Positions 8,652-18,673 are shown, counted from the stretch's first letter. The stretch: 60,681 bases of DNA from Candidatus Moraniibacteriota bacterium (GCA_003483065.1 DMWY01000013.1:1-60681); one strand, 5' to 3'. Translations and numbers: made by a program. The notes: generated by a model not told the origin, from the letters alone.

Positions 8652-10088
8652 ATGAACAAAAAAATCGCAGTTTCGTTTTTATTTATGTTTGCTTTTTTTC
8701 TGTCGGCGAACTCCACTCAAGCCGCTCTTTTGACTTGTGGCGGAGACAAAACTGAGGCTGATTGTACGAATGCTGGTGGGACAGTGGTGACAACAGGGAG
8801 TTGCACAAGTTGTAGTATTAGTATTACTAAAACTGGAATGACTTGTCCGTCTGGAATGACCCAATATGCGAATTGGACTTCATTTGATTCTAAAACTTGC
8901 AGTGGGGGGGAATCGTGCAACAACGGTAATTGTGGAGAAAAATGTATAGTCACAACCGGATGTACATCTCCGAGTAAAGATTGGATTAATTCAGTTATTC
9001 CTAAAAAAGAAGTTCCTTCATGTGAGTATACCCGTGAGGTAATATCTTATGGCGGAGGTCCATCGTGCACTTCTTGTCTGGATATGGTAAAAACTGAACC
9101 TCTTTGTGATCAATATCCAAATGCGTATAATGCATATTGTGTGGATGAAGAATCTGAGGGTTGTGCTATTTCTGCTGTACATACTAGATATCTCAGTATA
9201 AAATGGGATGTTTGTTATGCTATAAAGAAAATTGCTTGTATTGGCTCAGGAGAGATTAATACTTCTCCAACTGCCACAATCACGTTGCCAGTTGCAAATC
9301 AAACCGTTAGCGCAAACGACTCAGTTATTTTCACTGGCACAGGAAGCGACAATGATTCAGGGGACACAATCACTGGATATGAATGGAGAATGGGAAATTG
9401 CGATGATGGAACATTGTTAGTTTCCGGTTCTATAGTGCCCAATACGCAAACCATCCAATTTCCAACTACTAAGACAATTTTTTTCAAAGTCAAAGACAGT
9501 CGTAATGTTTGGTCGCTTTGCGACAGTCGAACTATAACGGTAGCCCCAACATTGAATTTTTGGCCTGATGTTTATACTGTCCCGAGTGGCGCTAGTACTA
9601 TGTTGCATTGGACAACTACTAATATGGCTTCTTGCACAGCAACAGGAGATTGGAATGGTTCAAAACTTGCAAATAACAGTGAAACTACTGGAGATCTCAC
9701 TGCTTCAAAAACTTATATATTGGAATGTTTCAAAGACTCTTCTACTAAAATAGGTAATAATACGGGCAGTGGCATTTTCTCAATTACGAGAAATGTAACG
9801 ATAGACGTTAGCTCTACCTATTCTTGTTCAGGAACTCCACCTGGCGGAACTCAAATAATGTGTTCAGGGGATGACATTGTTGATGCTACAAATGTTGAAG
9901 CTTGGGATGAAGTTTCTTCTTGCACGAGTAGAAAATGTGAATATACTACTGTTGCTCTTCCTGTCTGTGTTCCAAAATGCACTACCCCTGACCCAAATAC
10001 CTGCAGTGGAACCACGATTGATAATGGTTGCGGAACAGGAACTTGCACAGGTACCAAGGATTGCTCTTGGCGAGAAGTGGCACCTTAA
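8652..10088 (+). CDS. Cys-rich secreted surface protein, paralogue 4 (C-terminal CSWREVAP)
   Basis: Signal peptide MNKKIAVSFLFMFAFFLSANSTQA. The N-terminal LLTCGGDKTEADC module is shared with paralogue 3, and the PKD-like module is shared with paralogue 1. Confidence 0.8.
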   Translation: MNKKIAVSFLFMFAFFLSANSTQAALLTCGGDKTEADCTNAGGTVVTTGSCTSCSISITKTGMTCPSGMTQYANWTSFDSKTCSGGESCNNGNCGEKCIVTTGCTSPSKDWINSVIPKKEVPSCEYTREVISYGGGPSCTSCLDMVKTEPLCDQYPNAYNAYCVDEESEGCAISAVHTRYLSIKWDVCYAIKKIACIGSGEINTSPTATITLPVANQTVSANDSVIFTGTGSDNDSGDTITGYEWRMGNCDDGTLLVSGSIVPNTQTIQFPTTKTIFFKVKDSRNVWSLCDSRTITVAPTLNFWPDVYTVPSGASTMLHWTTTNMASCTATGDWNGSKLANNSETTGDLTASKTYILECFKDSSTKIGNNTGSGIFSITRNVTIDVSSTYSCSGTPPGGTQIMCSGDDIVDATNVEAWDEVSSCTSRKCEYTTVALPVCVPKCTTPDPNTCSGTTIDNGCGTGTCTGTKDCSWREVAP

Positions 10089-10121
10089 TTTTAGAAGTTA
10101 ATAAAAATATCTTCAAAAAAA

Positions 10122-10565
10122 ATGGAACAAAAAAACAAAAAAAATCTTCGAGCAAGTTTAATTGTAATAATAAGTATATTGGCTTTCGTCCTCGTAGTGA
10201 TGCTTGTGTATAAAAACAAAAAAAGTATTCCGCAAGTAATCAATCAAAAAATAGAAAAGCTTCAAAATAAAGAAGAAAATAAAATCAGTGAAGAAAATGT
10301 GAATGAAGTGGAAGCGAAAGACATCAAAATTGTAACCGGCAAGATTATCTCTATAGATATTAGCTCGGTTAAGATAAAAACTAGCGATGGAGAACTGACT
10401 CTTAGTATTCCGGAACAGAGCGTGAGTTTTTTGCAGAAAACAACTCAAAAAAATGGAGATCTTCTGATGAAAGAAATTGGATTGTTTGATGTTGTGAAAA
10501 ATAAAGATGTGGAAATTCAATACAATAGTACGACTAACGAAGTTATATTGGTGGAAATAAAATAA
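10122..10565 (+). CDS. Small single-pass membrane protein, partner c (near-identical to partner a)
   Basis: MEQKNKKNLRASLIVIISILAFVLVVMLVY...; differs from 3505-3948 mainly at the C-terminus. Confidence 0.75.
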   Translation: MEQKNKKNLRASLIVIISILAFVLVVMLVYKNKKSIPQVINQKIEKLQNKEENKISEENVNEVEAKDIKIVTGKIISIDISSVKIKTSDGELTLSIPEQSVSFLQKTTQKNGDLLMKEIGLFDVVKNKDVEIQYNSTTNEVILVEIK

Positions 10566-10590
10566 ATATTTTGTAATTTTATAAAAAGCT

Positions 10591-10622
10591 CAACCCGAGA
10601 TTTCAAAGGGTTGTGTTTTTTT
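10591..10622 (+). terminator. Intrinsic terminator
   Basis: CAACCC-gagatttcaaa-GGGTTG followed by TGTTTTTTT. Confidence 0.6.
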
Positions 10623-10672
10623 GTTTGGCTTGCCAAAAAGCAAATTTTCTTGTAAGATTAATACCCAGTGAG

Positions 10673-11650
10673 CTCATTTAAGTTAATCTCATTTTTTCCC
10701 AAATACAGACCTGAAATTTATCATTGAAAATCCAAGATATCTAAATCCCATAAAAGTATCCTGACGCTTTTCGTAACGCACTGCTAATTTACGATAAGTA
10801 TCCTCCCAAGCAAAACATCTCTCAATGCGATAACGTTCTTTGTAAATATGTGCTACTGGATAAAAATCATTCCATATTTTTTCTAACTTCTCCGGATCTT
10901 TAGTTCTTCCCGGATTAGGACGAATCACTGGCACCATTCCTGCATAACGAATAATTCCTCGATTGAAATCTGAATAAAATCCTGCATCCAAAGTGATGAA
11001 AGATTTTAAAAGATTCCAATGTAGATCATCTGCTAATTCCAAAAGATTAGTGAATGATTGATCAAACAAAACCATATCCGAAACATTAACTGAATTAACT
11101 ACAAAAGGAGCCAGTACATTTCCATTATTATCACAAATTGCTAGAATTTTCTCACCTTTTTGATGTTTGTGTCCGGAATATCCAATTTTTTCTCCCCCTT
11201 TTTTGCAACGACATTTGAACCATCGCCGTGCAAAATATTTAAGTCTAATTTTCCTAAAACATCCAAGGTAATAACTGAATGTTCAAATAGTTTTTTGTAG
11301 CTCCCATCCTTACTCCATTTGTTGTGATGATAATAGACAGCTTGCCAAGAAATTTCATTCTTAGTTGGGTGAAGTTCATCCCACTGCATGCCTGTTCGCA
11401 AAACATACAGAATGTAATTAAAAATTTTATAGTAAGATATTTTCGGTTGTTTACTCTTAGACTTAGAAAGACAAGATTTAATGAAAGTGTTGAATTCATT
11501 TTGGGAGACTTTGCGAGGAAGTTTATTGTAATAATTTGGTTTTATTTTTTGTTTTTTAGTAATCATAGATTGGTTTTAAAATTTAGGAGAAAAGTTTTGT
11601 CGACCTTTTCCTTTATTTTAGCACCAATCTGTGATTTAATTAAAATCACC
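10673..11650 (-). mobile_element. IS5-family insertion sequence (~0.98 kb); boundaries tentative
   Basis: Contains a two-frame transposase. Imperfect terminal inverted repeats GCTCATTTAAGTTAATC (left) versus GGTGATTTTAATTAAATC (right, reverse complement). AGTGAG is present just outside both ends. Confidence 0.7.
10689..11566 (-). CDS. IS5-family DDE transposase, orfA/orfB joined by a probable -1 programmed frameshift
   Basis: orfA has the DUF4096-like YILYVLRTGMQWDEL. orfB ends YKERYRIERCFAWEDTYRKLAVRYEK. The slippery A AAA AAG followed by GGGGG lies at ~11194-11205 on the minus strand, and the -1 frame reads KKGGEKIGYSGHKHQKGEKILAICD. Confidence 0.8.
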
Positions 11651-11725
11651 TAAGTGAGGTAGAGAAATGACTTACGCGCTTTTTTTAAATATATTTTCAG
11701 AAAAACGTGTAAGTCTTAAAAAAAT

Positions 11726-14515
11726 ATGAAACGAGATAAAATAAAAATCTTTGGCGCTAGAGTCAACAATTTGAAAAACATCAGTATTGAAATTCCGCGC
11801 GACAAAGTGGTGGTGATCACTGGTCTTTCGGGCTCTGGAAAATCAACCTTGGCTTTTGATGTCATTCACGCCGAAGGCAACCGTAGATATCTTGAAAGTT
11901 TGTCGAGTTATGCTCGGCAGTTTTTGGAAATTTCTGCTAAACCGGACGCGGACAAAATTGAAAATTTGAGTCCGACAATTTCCATTGATCAAAAAAGCAT
12001 CAGTCGAAGCCCTCGCTCAACGGTTGGTACTATGACGGAAATTTATGATTATTTGCGAATTTTATTTGCCAAGGTTGGCACACCCTATTGCCCGCATTGC
12101 AGATTACCAATGGCTAGAAAAAAGAATAGTGAAATAATTGAAGAAATTTTGGAAATGCCGGATAACACACAAGTAATAATTCTGGCCAGAATTCGGCAAG
12201 ATGGAAAAAGTATGGAAGAAATTTTGAAAAATATTAGTCAGTTAGGATATGCTAGAGCGAGAATTGATGGGAAAACAGTTTTAATTGCTGAGGTGCTTAC
12301 GAACAAAGAGCAAATATTAAATGGCAATGTGGAAATTGTGGTTGACCGAATAACTTTCAAGAGTCAAAAACCGGACAAGGAGAGAATTCTGGATTCAATT
12401 GAAACAGCTTTCAAATTAGGTCGAGGCTTTATGGCCATTGCATTGGACAACGGCGAAAGCCGGATTTATAACCGAGATTTTGTTTGCAGTAATTGTTTTT
12501 TTGAAATTCCAGAAATTACCCCTAAGAACTTTTCTTTCAACAGTCCAGAGGGCGCTTGTCCGCATTGTGCGGGACTTGGCGTGGTGCAAGAGATTGATAG
12601 AGAATTGATTGTTCCTAACAAAAATTTGTCACTCTCAGAAGGGGCAGTTTTGCCACTTTCAAAATTGGGTGGTCGGGTGCGAACGGAAGGAAACTATTTG
12701 GATATTCTGGAAAAAATTGGGAAGATTGAGGGATTTTCTATCGAAAAACCAATTGGAAAAATTAGTCCGGAAAACATGGAGATAATTTTTGGCGGGTATG
12801 AAGATTTATCCAGAGGAATTTCTTTTCCGGGAATAATAACTTTGATTAAAAAGAAATATGAAGAGTCATCTTCTTTTATATTCAAAAAAGAAACGGAAAA
12901 GTATATGCGCAAATTTACTTGTTCGAAATGCGCAGGAAAAAAATTGAAAGAAGCCTATTTGTCAGTTTTGATTTCCGGAAAATCTATTGATGACGCAGTG
13001 AAGATGGATGCGGATTCTTTTTTGGTTTTTTTGAAAAATTTAATGGTGGAGCCAACGGCAGAAGGGAAAAAAGAGATAATGGAACCGCTCATAAAGGAAA
13101 TGGAAGAAAAAGCGGAGGCTCTCAAAAATGTTGGCTTGGAATATTTGGAACTTTTCCGCTCGGCGGATTCCATTTCTGGTGGAGAAGGGCAAAGAATTCG
13201 TCTGGCGACGCAAATCAGTTCCAAGCTTTCTGGCATAATTTATGTCTTAGACGAACCTTCCGTTGGCTTGCATGATAGGGACACGCAAAAACTCATTCAG
13301 ACGATGCAATTTTTGAAAGAAAATGGAAATTCTGTGATTGTAGTGGAGCATGACAAAGAAATAATTGAAAAGGCTGATTGGATAATTGATATGGGTCCTG
13401 GTGCAGGCGAAGAGGGTGGAGAAGTTATATTCCAAGGTGATATTGCAAAGCTTAAAGCTTCTAAAACTAAAACAGCCGGATTTTTGAGCGGGCGGGAAAA
13501 AGTTTCTGAGAAGAAAAAACCTCGTGAAAAATCGGAAAAATATTTGAAAATTTTGGGTGCCACTGAACATAATTTGAAAAATATTGACGTAGAGATTCCG
13601 CTAGGAAGGTTTGTTTCAATTACAGGAGTTTCCGGCAGTGGTAAATCAACTTTAGTGTCTGACATTTTAGCCGTGGCACTTTCTAAACATTTTTTTCGCG
13701 CTTATGAAATTCCGGGGCGTCACAAAAAAATAACTGGCTTGAATCAGATCGACAAAGTTATCAATGTTGATCAATCGCCGATTGGCCGAACGCCGAGATC
13801 TAATGCGGCCACGTATACCGGAGTTTTTTCTCAGATTCGAGAAATTTTTGCGCTAACAGAGGAATCAAAAAACCGAGGTTATGACGCCAGTCGCTTTAGT
13901 TTTAATATGAAAGGCGGACGATGCGAACAATGTCAAGGTGATGGCACAAAAAAAATTGAAATGCATCTCATGCCAGATATGTATGTGAAGTGCGAATCTT
14001 GCCTTGGAACGCGCTATAATCAAAAAACACTCGACATTGAATATCAGGGGGTAAATATCGCCCAAGTGCTTGATATGAGCGTGTCATATGCCCTGCGATT
14101 TTTCAAAAAATCTCCACTTATTGCCGAAAAATTACAAACGCTGGAAAAAGTTGGTTTGGGATATTTGCGACTGGGACAAAGTGCTACCAATCTTTCTGGT
14201 GGAGAGGCGCAGAGGATAAAATTAGCCACGGAACTTTCACGAAAATCCACTGGAAAAACCTTATATATCCTAGATGAACCAACTATCGGATTGCATTTTG
14301 AAGATGTTAAAAAACTTTTAAAAGTTTTGGATGCGCTGGTGGAAAAAGGTAATTCAGTGCTTGTAGTGGAGCATAATTCGGATGTGGTTATGAATTCTGA
14401 TTGGGTGATTGATCTTGGTCCGGAAGGTGGCAGTGGGGGAGGAGAGATAGTTTATGCTGGACTTCCAGAGGGACTAAAAAAATGCCAGAGAAGTTGGACG
14501 GGGAAATACCTTTAA
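11726..14515 (+). CDS. uvrA: Excinuclease ABC subunit A
   Basis: Two ABC ATPase modules ([26 protein letters not shown]; [24 protein letters not shown]) and zinc-finger Cys pairs. Confidence 0.97.
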   Translation: MKRDKIKIFGARVNNLKNISIEIPRDKVVVITGLSGSGKSTLAFDVIHAEGNRRYLESLSSYARQFLEISAKPDADKIENLSPTISIDQKSISRSPRSTVGTMTEIYDYLRILFAKVGTPYCPHCRLPMARKKNSEIIEEILEMPDNTQVIILARIRQDGKSMEEILKNISQLGYARARIDGKTVLIAEVLTNKEQILNGNVEIVVDRITFKSQKPDKERILDSIETAFKLGRGFMAIALDNGESRIYNRDFVCSNCFFEIPEITPKNFSFNSPEGACPHCAGLGVVQEIDRELIVPNKNLSLSEGAVLPLSKLGGRVRTEGNYLDILEKIGKIEGFSIEKPIGKISPENMEIIFGGYEDLSRGISFPGIITLIKKKYEESSSFIFKKETEKYMRKFTCSKCAGKKLKEAYLSVLISGKSIDDAVKMDADSFLVFLKNLMVEPTAEGKKEIMEPLIKEMEEKAEALKNVGLEYLELFRSADSISGGEGQRIRLATQISSKLSGIIYVLDEPSVGLHDRDTQKLIQTMQFLKENGNSVIVVEHDKEIIEKADWIIDMGPGAGEEGGEVIFQGDIAKLKASKTKTAGFLSGREKVSEKKKPREKSEKYLKILGATEHNLKNIDVEIPLGRFVSITGVSGSGKSTLVSDILAVALSKHFFRAYEIPGRHKKITGLNQIDKVINVDQSPIGRTPRSNAATYTGVFSQIREIFALTEESKNRGYDASRFSFNMKGGRCEQCQGDGTKKIEMHLMPDMYVKCESCLGTRYNQKTLDIEYQGVNIAQVLDMSVSYALRFFKKSPLIAEKLQTLEKVGLGYLRLGQSATNLSGGEAQRIKLATELSRKSTGKTLYILDEPTIGLHFEDVKKLLKVLDALVEKGNSVLVVEHNSDVVMNSDWVIDLGPEGGSGGGEIVYAGLPEGLKKCQRSWTGKYL

Positions 14516-14544
14516 AATTTTGATTTATCAAAATTTTAAATAAT

Positions 14545-14653
14545 TTTTAATTTCCAATTTTTAATTTTATAAATAATTTTTTAAATTTATTAATTTTTAA
14601 AAATTTTAAAATTAGAATTTATTTAAAAATTACAAAATTAAAAATTTAAAAAT
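14545..14653. repeat. AT-rich imperfect palindromic intergenic element, empty copy A
   Basis: TTCCAATTTTTAATTTTATAAATAA ... TTATTTAAAAATTACAAAATTAAAAATT. Same arms as at 17657-18152 and 34665-34765. Confidence 0.65.
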
Positions 14654-14654
14654 T

Positions 14655-15557
14655 ATGGCAGACAATCTTTCAAAAAACATTCTTTCAACTGTTGCGTATT
14701 ATGATGTCATGGATTATCCGATGACGGCATTTGAAATTTGGAAACATTTAATTGGTGAAAGTTGTACCCTAGCAGATGTGATTGGAGAATTAGAAAAAGA
14801 AGAAATTAAAAAATATATTAGTGAATTTCGCGGATTCTATTTTTTGAAAGACAGAAAAGATTTAGTTGAACAGAGAATTGAGAGAAACAAAATTTCTAAC
14901 TGGAAACTTAAAAAAGCCAGGGGAATTATTTTTTGGCTTCGACTGGTGCCGTTTGTGAAAATGATAGCGGTGGCCGGAAGAGTGGGAGCAAAAAATTCTC
15001 GCAGTGGCAGTGATATTGACATGCTAATTATTTTCAAGCATGGGAAAATTTTCACTGGCAGATTTTTGGCAACAGTGTTGGTTCATTTTTTGGGGGAAAG
15101 AAGGCATGAGGATAAAATATCTAATAGAATTTGCTTCAATCATTTCATAACGGATAAGTTGGAAGTCTGCGTGCAAGATTTATATTCTTCGCATAATTAT
15201 ATTTTCATCACTCCGCTTTATGGCGGAGATTTATTTGGAAAATTTCTGGAAAAAAATGTGTGGATAAAAAACTATCGGTCAAATTTTTCATTTTTGGAAA
15301 ATAATCTAAAGGCGGTTAACGACAGTCAACTTTCCAAGAGAGTGAGATTTTTTTTGGAAAAAATATTTTCTTCAGATCGGATTGAAAAAAAACTAAAAAA
15401 ATGGCAATCGGAAAAAATCAAAAAAAATCCGCTTACGGAGAAAAAAGGAGGAATGATAATCTGCTCTGAAACAGAGCTGGCTTTTTGGCCGGATTTTGAA
15501 AATCAAGGACCAAGAATATTTGAAAAATTTCAAGAAAATTTGAAAAAAATTAAATGA
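14655..15557 (+). CDS. Hypothetical protein with a nucleotidyltransferase-fold motif
   Basis: GRVGAKNSRSGSDIDMLIIF (G-S..D-x-D pattern). Stop overlaps the lgt start (ATGA). Confidence 0.55.
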   Translation: MADNLSKNILSTVAYYDVMDYPMTAFEIWKHLIGESCTLADVIGELEKEEIKKYISEFRGFYFLKDRKDLVEQRIERNKISNWKLKKARGIIFWLRLVPFVKMIAVAGRVGAKNSRSGSDIDMLIIFKHGKIFTGRFLATVLVHFLGERRHEDKISNRICFNHFITDKLEVCVQDLYSSHNYIFITPLYGGDLFGKFLEKNVWIKNYRSNFSFLENNLKAVNDSQLSKRVRFFLEKIFSSDRIEKKLKKWQSEKIKKNPLTEKKGGMIICSETELAFWPDFENQGPRIFEKFQENLKKIK

Positions 15558-16438
15558 ATAATTTTATCTATCTTTACCAGCATTTGTCTGAATACATAAA
15601 TCCAACAGCCATATCTTTGGGATTTTTGAAAATTGATTGGTATTCAATTATGTATTTGGTTGGATTCTTGGCAGTCTATTTTTTGCTAAAATATAGAATT
15701 AGGAAAAAAGAAAATAATTTTTTCTTTGACATATCAAAACTAGAAGATCTTTTGCTTTATTCTTTTTTTGGACTTATTTTTGGTGCGCGTTTGGGCTATG
15801 TTTTGTTCTATAATTTTTCCTATTATTTGAGCAATCCCTTGGCGATTATTTCTCCCTATGATCCAGGCACTCATCAATTTGTTGGAATTTATGGCATGAG
15901 CTATCACGGAGGACTGATTGGTGTGATTTTATTTTCCTATATATTTTCTCATAAGAATAAATTTAATTTTTTTTCTTTGGCTAATTTTGTCATTCCGGCT
16001 ATTCCCGCGGGATATTTTTTTGGGCGAGTGGGAAATTTTCTAAACGGCGAGCTCTATGGTCGAGCTACGCAAAAATTTTGGGGAATGTATTTTCCGTCGG
16101 ATGCATTTGGACTTTTGCGTCATCCCTCACAACTCTACGAAGCTTTTTTGGAGGGGATAATTTTATTTTTCATACTTTGGTTTTTAAGAAATAATGAAAA
16201 AGTTAAAGATAGAATGCTCGGATTATATTTAGTCGGCTATGCGATGTGCCGAATAATCGTGGAATTTTTCCGCGAACCGGATGAACAAGTTGGCTATTTC
16301 TTTGGCTTTTCGACCCTGGGGCAGATTCTGAGTTTATTTATGCTAGGCATAGGAATGTATATTATTTTTCTTGGTCAAAAAACAAAAAAATGCTATAATG
16401 ATGATAATGGAAAAATTCAAGAAACAAAAATCAATTGA
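15554..16438 (+). CDS. lgt: Prolipoprotein diacylglyceryl transferase
   Basis: GARLGYVLFYN, YHGGLIGV, GRVGNFLNGELYGR, HPSQLYEAFLEG. Confidence 0.93.
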   Translation: MNNFIYLYQHLSEYINPTAISLGFLKIDWYSIMYLVGFLAVYFLLKYRIRKKENNFFFDISKLEDLLLYSFFGLIFGARLGYVLFYNFSYYLSNPLAIISPYDPGTHQFVGIYGMSYHGGLIGVILFSYIFSHKNKFNFFSLANFVIPAIPAGYFFGRVGNFLNGELYGRATQKFWGMYFPSDAFGLLRHPSQLYEAFLEGIILFFILWFLRNNEKVKDRMLGLYLVGYAMCRIIVEFFREPDEQVGYFFGFSTLGQILSLFMLGIGMYIIFLGQKTKKCYNDDNGKIQETKIN

Positions 16439-17438
16439 TAGCTTTTGTCAAAAAAATGAACCGAAGGAATTTTCTGATTATAGCTTGGCAAAATTTATTC
16501 AAAAAAATAAAAAATCTAGCGTACTTTTTGCAAAACAGGGGAGAATGGAAAAATTTAGTACGGAAAGCCTAAATTTTCATTATATAAAAAGTGCCAATCA
16601 ACCGAATTTTCAAAGTTTGGATGGCTTTGTGAATTTCAAAAAGAGAATATATCATAAACAAAAAAGAAATACGGGGCGAGATTTATATTTAGAAATTCAA
16701 GAAAGATATGGGGATTGGAGAAATTATGCGACAGATCTTTTGCGAGGATCAGTGCAAGGAGTTTCAGTGGCGAGGATGTGGAATGTCTCAATTGTGGGGT
16801 CACTCATTTTTGGAATGTTTTTGATGACTTTCATCTACCGTTATCTAGGACCGAACGCCGCCGCTAATTCTAATAGGAATAAAGCTAATAAGGAGATGCA
16901 ACAAATATTAGGTGATAGTGCAGAAAAACCAAATGAGGATGAAAAAAATTATGAAGATTATGTGTCGAAAATAATGAATGATTATAAGGATGACGCTGAC
17001 AGTGAGAAGAAATTAAAAGAAAATATTTTGGAAATGGTAAAGGGAACACCAATGGAAAAGATGGCGCCGTTTATCGCTAAGCAAGATAGAATTGTAGCGG
17101 CATTTCTCGTAGCGATTGCCAAAAAAGAAAGTAGCTGGGGAGTGCACGTGCCAGTTTTGAACGGCGAAGATTGTTACAACTATTGGGGTTATCGAGGCAT
17201 TCGAGAAAAAATGGGCACAGGAGGACACACTTGTTTCGACAGTCCAAAAGACGCGGTGGAAACTGTGGCTAAAAGAGTTGATTTTTTGGTGAACAGTGAA
17301 AAACGAAACACTCCGGAAAAATTGAAAGTTTGGAAATGTGGATATGATTGTTCTTGGGATGATCCGTCAGCCGTGCGAAAATGGATAAATGATGTGGACT
17401 ACTATTTCAAAAAATTTGATAAATTTGCGGAAGAGTAA
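16398..17438 (+). CDS. Hypothetical membrane protein; the C-terminal domain may be lysozyme/transglycosylase-like
   Basis: One TM helix (IVGSLIFGMFLMTFIY). The motif AIAKKESSWG weakly resembles the SLT catalytic E-S motif. Start uncertain (16371-16407). Confidence 0.55.
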   Translation: MMIMEKFKKQKSIDSFCQKNEPKEFSDYSLAKFIQKNKKSSVLFAKQGRMEKFSTESLNFHYIKSANQPNFQSLDGFVNFKKRIYHKQKRNTGRDLYLEIQERYGDWRNYATDLLRGSVQGVSVARMWNVSIVGSLIFGMFLMTFIYRYLGPNAAANSNRNKANKEMQQILGDSAEKPNEDEKNYEDYVSKIMNDYKDDADSEKKLKENILEMVKGTPMEKMAPFIAKQDRIVAAFLVAIAKKESSWGVHVPVLNGEDCYNYWGYRGIREKMGTGGHTCFDSPKDAVETVAKRVDFLVNSEKRNTPEKLKVWKCGYDCSWDDPSAVRKWINDVDYYFKKFDKFAEE

Positions 17439-17448
17439 GAAATAGTTT

Positions 17449-17510
17449 ATAAAGTCTATAAAGTTTGTAAAGTCGTAAAGTTCATAAAGTTAGGACAGTC
17501 CATAAAGAAA
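17449..17510. repeat. Tandem 9-nt repeat array (about 6-7 units, ATAAAGTYN)
   Basis: TATAAAGTC TATAAAGTT TGTAAAGTC GTAAAGTTC ATAAAGTTA GGACAGTCC ATAAAG. Confidence 0.7.
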
Positions 17511-17537
17511 AATCCCGATATTCTCGGGATTTTTTTG
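17508..17537 (+). terminator. Intrinsic terminator
   Basis: AAAAATCCCGA-tattc-TCGGGATTTTTTT. Confidence 0.65.
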
Positions 17538-17656
17538 TCTCAAAAGTTATCCCCAGCTACCAAGATTTTTTCTTGATTTTATGATATAATAAATAGGTGG
17601 AATTATATATAAAAATATTCCTAAAAAGATCTTAAAACAAAGATAATGTTTTGTCT

Positions 17657-18152
17657 TAATTTTATAATTTCCAATTTTTAATTTTGTAAATAAAATTTAA
17701 ATCAAAATTTTTAAACTAAAAATAATTATGAATTATGACTTAGAAGAAAGAACAGCTAAGTTTGGAGAAGAGGTAATTAAATTTTGCAAAACAATAGAAT
17801 ATTCCCACATAACAAAACCATTGATAAATCAATTTGTAAGATCAGCAACTAGTATTGGCGCAAACTATATGGAAGCCAATCAGGCCAGCTCAAAAAAAGA
17901 TTTTACAAATAAAATAAGAATCTGTCAAAAAGAAGCTAATGAGTCAAAACACTGGGCGAGAATGATTTCAATATCAGAGGAAAAAACAAAAGAAAAATGC
18001 CGAGAACTGTGGCAAGAAGCTCATGAATTGACTCTGATTTTCGCTAAAATATCCAAAAATTGCAAAGAAAAGGAAAATAAAAAAGAAGAAGTTTAGAAAT
18101 TAAAAATTAAGAGCTTATTTAAAAAATTACAAAAATTCAAAAATTAAAAATT
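17657..18152. repeat. AT-rich palindromic element, filled copy B, carrying the four-helix-bundle gene between its arms
   Basis: Left arm 17657-17717 and right arm 18097-18152 match the two halves of the contiguous copies at 14545-14653 and 34665-34765. Confidence 0.6.
17728..18096 (+). CDS. Four-helix-bundle protein (23S rRNA intervening-sequence protein family, TIGR02436-like)
   Basis: INQFVRSATSIGANYMEANQASSKKDFTNKIRICQKEANESKHWARMI. Confidence 0.88.
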   Translation: MNYDLEERTAKFGEEVIKFCKTIEYSHITKPLINQFVRSATSIGANYMEANQASSKKDFTNKIRICQKEANESKHWARMISISEEKTKEKCRELWQEAHELTLIFAKISKNCKEKENKKEEV

Positions 18153-18160
18153 ACTCCAGA

Positions 18161-18631
18161 ATGTTTCTAAAATCAAAACTAAATTTACTAATATTTTTCT
18201 TCTCAATAACTTTGTTATTGGTTTTGTCGTCTCAAGATGCTTTGGCGACATCTTCCCGAAAAATGCCAACTGCCTATATTGTCCATACCTACGGAGATGA
18301 TACTAGGGCTTTTCAAGAAGGAGAGCTTGCAACATGGGAAGCATTAACCGACATAAATCTCACTTCCATCACCACTACCGATCAAAATTCTTTCGGGAAT
18401 ACTCTTTATGTAGCTAATACCGTAGTTTTTGAAGAAGCTGAGATAGATGAATCCACCATCTCAATTGATGGACAAATTCTCACTATCACTGGAGTAACCC
18501 CCGGAGTGTCTTTGACTGTTTCGGATATTTCCGGTACGATCGCTTCCGGCACAGCTGTCCAAGCCGGTTTTGTTCTAACTGTTTATGATGACAATAATGC
18601 TCCGTACAATGGGGAATTAAGGAAAAGATGA
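18161..18631 (+). CDS. Hypothetical secreted protein
   Basis: Signal peptide MFLKSKLNLLIFFFSITLLLVLSSQDALA; no recognisable domain. Confidence 0.55.
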   Translation: MFLKSKLNLLIFFFSITLLLVLSSQDALATSSRKMPTAYIVHTYGDDTRAFQEGELATWEALTDINLTSITTTDQNSFGNTLYVANTVVFEEAEIDESTISIDGQILTITGVTPGVSLTVSDISGTIASGTAVQAGFVLTVYDDNNAPYNGELRKR

Positions 18632-18673
18632 AAAGATGAAAAAACTACACAATAAATGTGTAGTTTTTTTATG

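Noticed and set aside
12694-14250. Several 66-122-aa minus-strand ORFs inside uvrA, and similar antisense ORFs inside ligA, gatA, pilB, the helicase and the MTase
   Set aside because: They are fully nested antisense to long, motif-verified genes, show no independent signals, and are typical of AT-rich DNA.
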